A DNA stretch of 64,000 nt from Guillardia theta CCMP2712 (lineage: Eukaryota > Protista > Cryptophyta), in the NCBI RefSeq assembly GCF_000315625.1, contig NW_005434630.1, positions 124,001-188,000 on the forward strand, written 5' to 3'. A program made the translations under genes and the position numbers. The notes under the pieces were generated by a model. It ran no database searches. It was not told the DNA's origin and saw only the letters and a list, made by a program, of their open reading frames with translations. Every line of letters starts with the position of its first letter. Position 1 is the stretch's first letter. Below, piece by piece: positions 62,301 through 64,000 of this stretch.

Positions 62301-64000
62301 CATGATAACTTGATGATATCATACTCTGTGGCCCTCCATAACCTATGACAGAATTATATTATCATATTTGCGAAATCTTGCTTCTCGCTTCATGAAAGGC
62401 ATACCTGTAAAAGGCTTCCTGTTTGCAGAGTAACTCAGCCTGACCTGCTTCACAACTGTGGATCTTGATCATGGAAATGAATTGAAAGTACACTCAAAAC
62501 TCAACATAGACTCCTCCTAATCTCAATAACTTCTAAACAACAATCTCCCTCATTCATTGCATGTTGTGTTCACCATTGCAAAAAATTGATTCGTTGGCTC
62601 ATCAAAGGTTCTCCAAGTGAACTTTGTTCTTCCAGTTGACCCCAAAAGTTCTCACTGAATTTCTGGTGAGACTGAAGTCACGAGATTCTCATCACAATCT
62701 TAGATCGCTCACCAGCGTCAAGTTGTTCGAAGGAAATGCGAAGTTGTACACGTCATCGTATAGGCATGCGTCTCGCATCTCTGGCGGCTCATCTTCGAGT
62801 TGTCTGATGCAGACAACAACATCACAAAGGAAGCACGAAGGGTGGGATTGCATGCTTGTATACTTCTCCAGCAGCTGATAGGTAGCACACGTATTTCGCT
62901 CGTCATCCGTAAGATTCAAAGCAGGCAAAGCTGTCTTGGGAAGATTCAAAATCATGGTCGACATGTCCTCCATCCACTACACGATCGACTGCTATCAGGA
63001 CAATCGAGACAGAATTGACATGTTCTCACTTTGTCGAAGCAATAGTCGATGGTGTCCTCGCCCTGCTTTCCTTCGATGTTCAGCTCTTCAAAGTCGTTGG
63101 GGATCTTGAAATCCAGAAGAACTTGGTCAACATTGTTTGGCTTCAAAGAACTCCAATCCCATTTCTGCATGTGCGTTGACAAAGTTTTGAAGTAGAATTT
63201 GATGTCCTGCAGATCACAAGAAAGACAACAAGTCAGATTAGTAGCTTGCGAGGTCAGGGAAACCACCCCCTTCCCTCCCCGCGAAATAGACATGGAAGGA
63301 AAATCGAGAGGGTAGCAACAACTAGGAAAGAAAAGAAAGCTCAACCTCACCTTCCAAATTTCTCGCTGTCTCATGTCCTTCAACCTTTTTCTGATCACGA
63401 CGAATCATAAATAATTGGCAACAATGGAAACAACCTATTGCGGCTGTGGATGTCTGTATAGAGATCTTGTATGGCCGCTTCGAGTTTATCCATTTCATCG
63501 TCGTCTTTCATACCATCTTCCACGTAATCGGTTATCTGTTGGGGCTCAAAACGATCTTCACGATGGTCCAGCGATTCTCTCATGCTTTCATCGTCATGGT
63601 CATGATCCTCGTTCATCCTAAAGATTCAAACACAATGAGCTTGAAACTCCAACCCCCATCCCTACCACTTCCAACTTTCTTGATTCAAACGTAGGTCCTC
63701 AATCTGGAAAACGGGATCACACTTGGAATGGCAGACTGACAATCTTATCTCACAAGGTCAACAATCTCTTGTCTCTTCTTCGTTGAGATCCGTTCGCCAA
63801 TCATCATCTGTATATTCCCAAACAAAACTCTCATCTCATTCGAACAGTTGAGTCCACTCTGCTCATTTCACTTTCAGATGTTGAACAGCTATCAGTAAAC
63901 ATTCCCCACATTCAGGAATTCTTCTACGCTATCTGTCTCATCCTCTTCTTCTTGCGCAATGGATCGTAGACGAAGGTACTTTCCAAAGTTAGCACCCCAA
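59377..64000 (-). CDS. Large multi-exon protein (5' end probably outside window) with degenerate OTU-like domain; may be more than one gene
   Basis: KWTGSSFYRALARQLW..RHLLIRRE (60850-60995), VTIRQVQ|AAADLFEVKIEMF and PIVRLCSIAQHFWCI (60061-60110) follow the OTU motif order. Further open minus-strand exons continue to the window end. Confidence 0.5.

Overview
Eukaryotic nuclear DNA, gene-dense, with many short (~40-60 nt) GT-AG and some GC-AG introns and several introns filled with simple repeats. Base composition, intron style and a bipartite plastid presequence suggest a cryptophyte such as Guillardia theta (inference only). There is one 100-N assembly gap at 3450-3549. Contents in order: a TAF1A/Rrn11-like Pol I factor with a GATA-like zinc finger; a type-I membrane beta-propeller protein; a CaMK1-like kinase fused to a C-terminal cNMP-binding domain; tRNA-Arg(TCT) next to a chromodomain-bearing retroelement remnant; a selenocysteine (UGA) MsrA with a plastid-type presequence; cyclin C; a tropinone-reductase-like SDR; an EF-hand-like protein; a C1+UIM PI4-kinase; an ARM protein; an ankyrin protein; a PP2C; a giant (~5,500 aa) EGF/IPT/REJ/GPS/Cys-repeat secreted protein with a ~15.3 kb last exon; another EF-hand protein; and a pseudo-OTU protein. 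The non-coding DNA carries two recurrent elements: a ~33-bp TTTACTCAAAGTTAAG...ACGAGG motif, usually just upstream of genes, and GTACCCC-rich blocks whose strand polarity flips. Exon boundaries were read by eye and are approximate.
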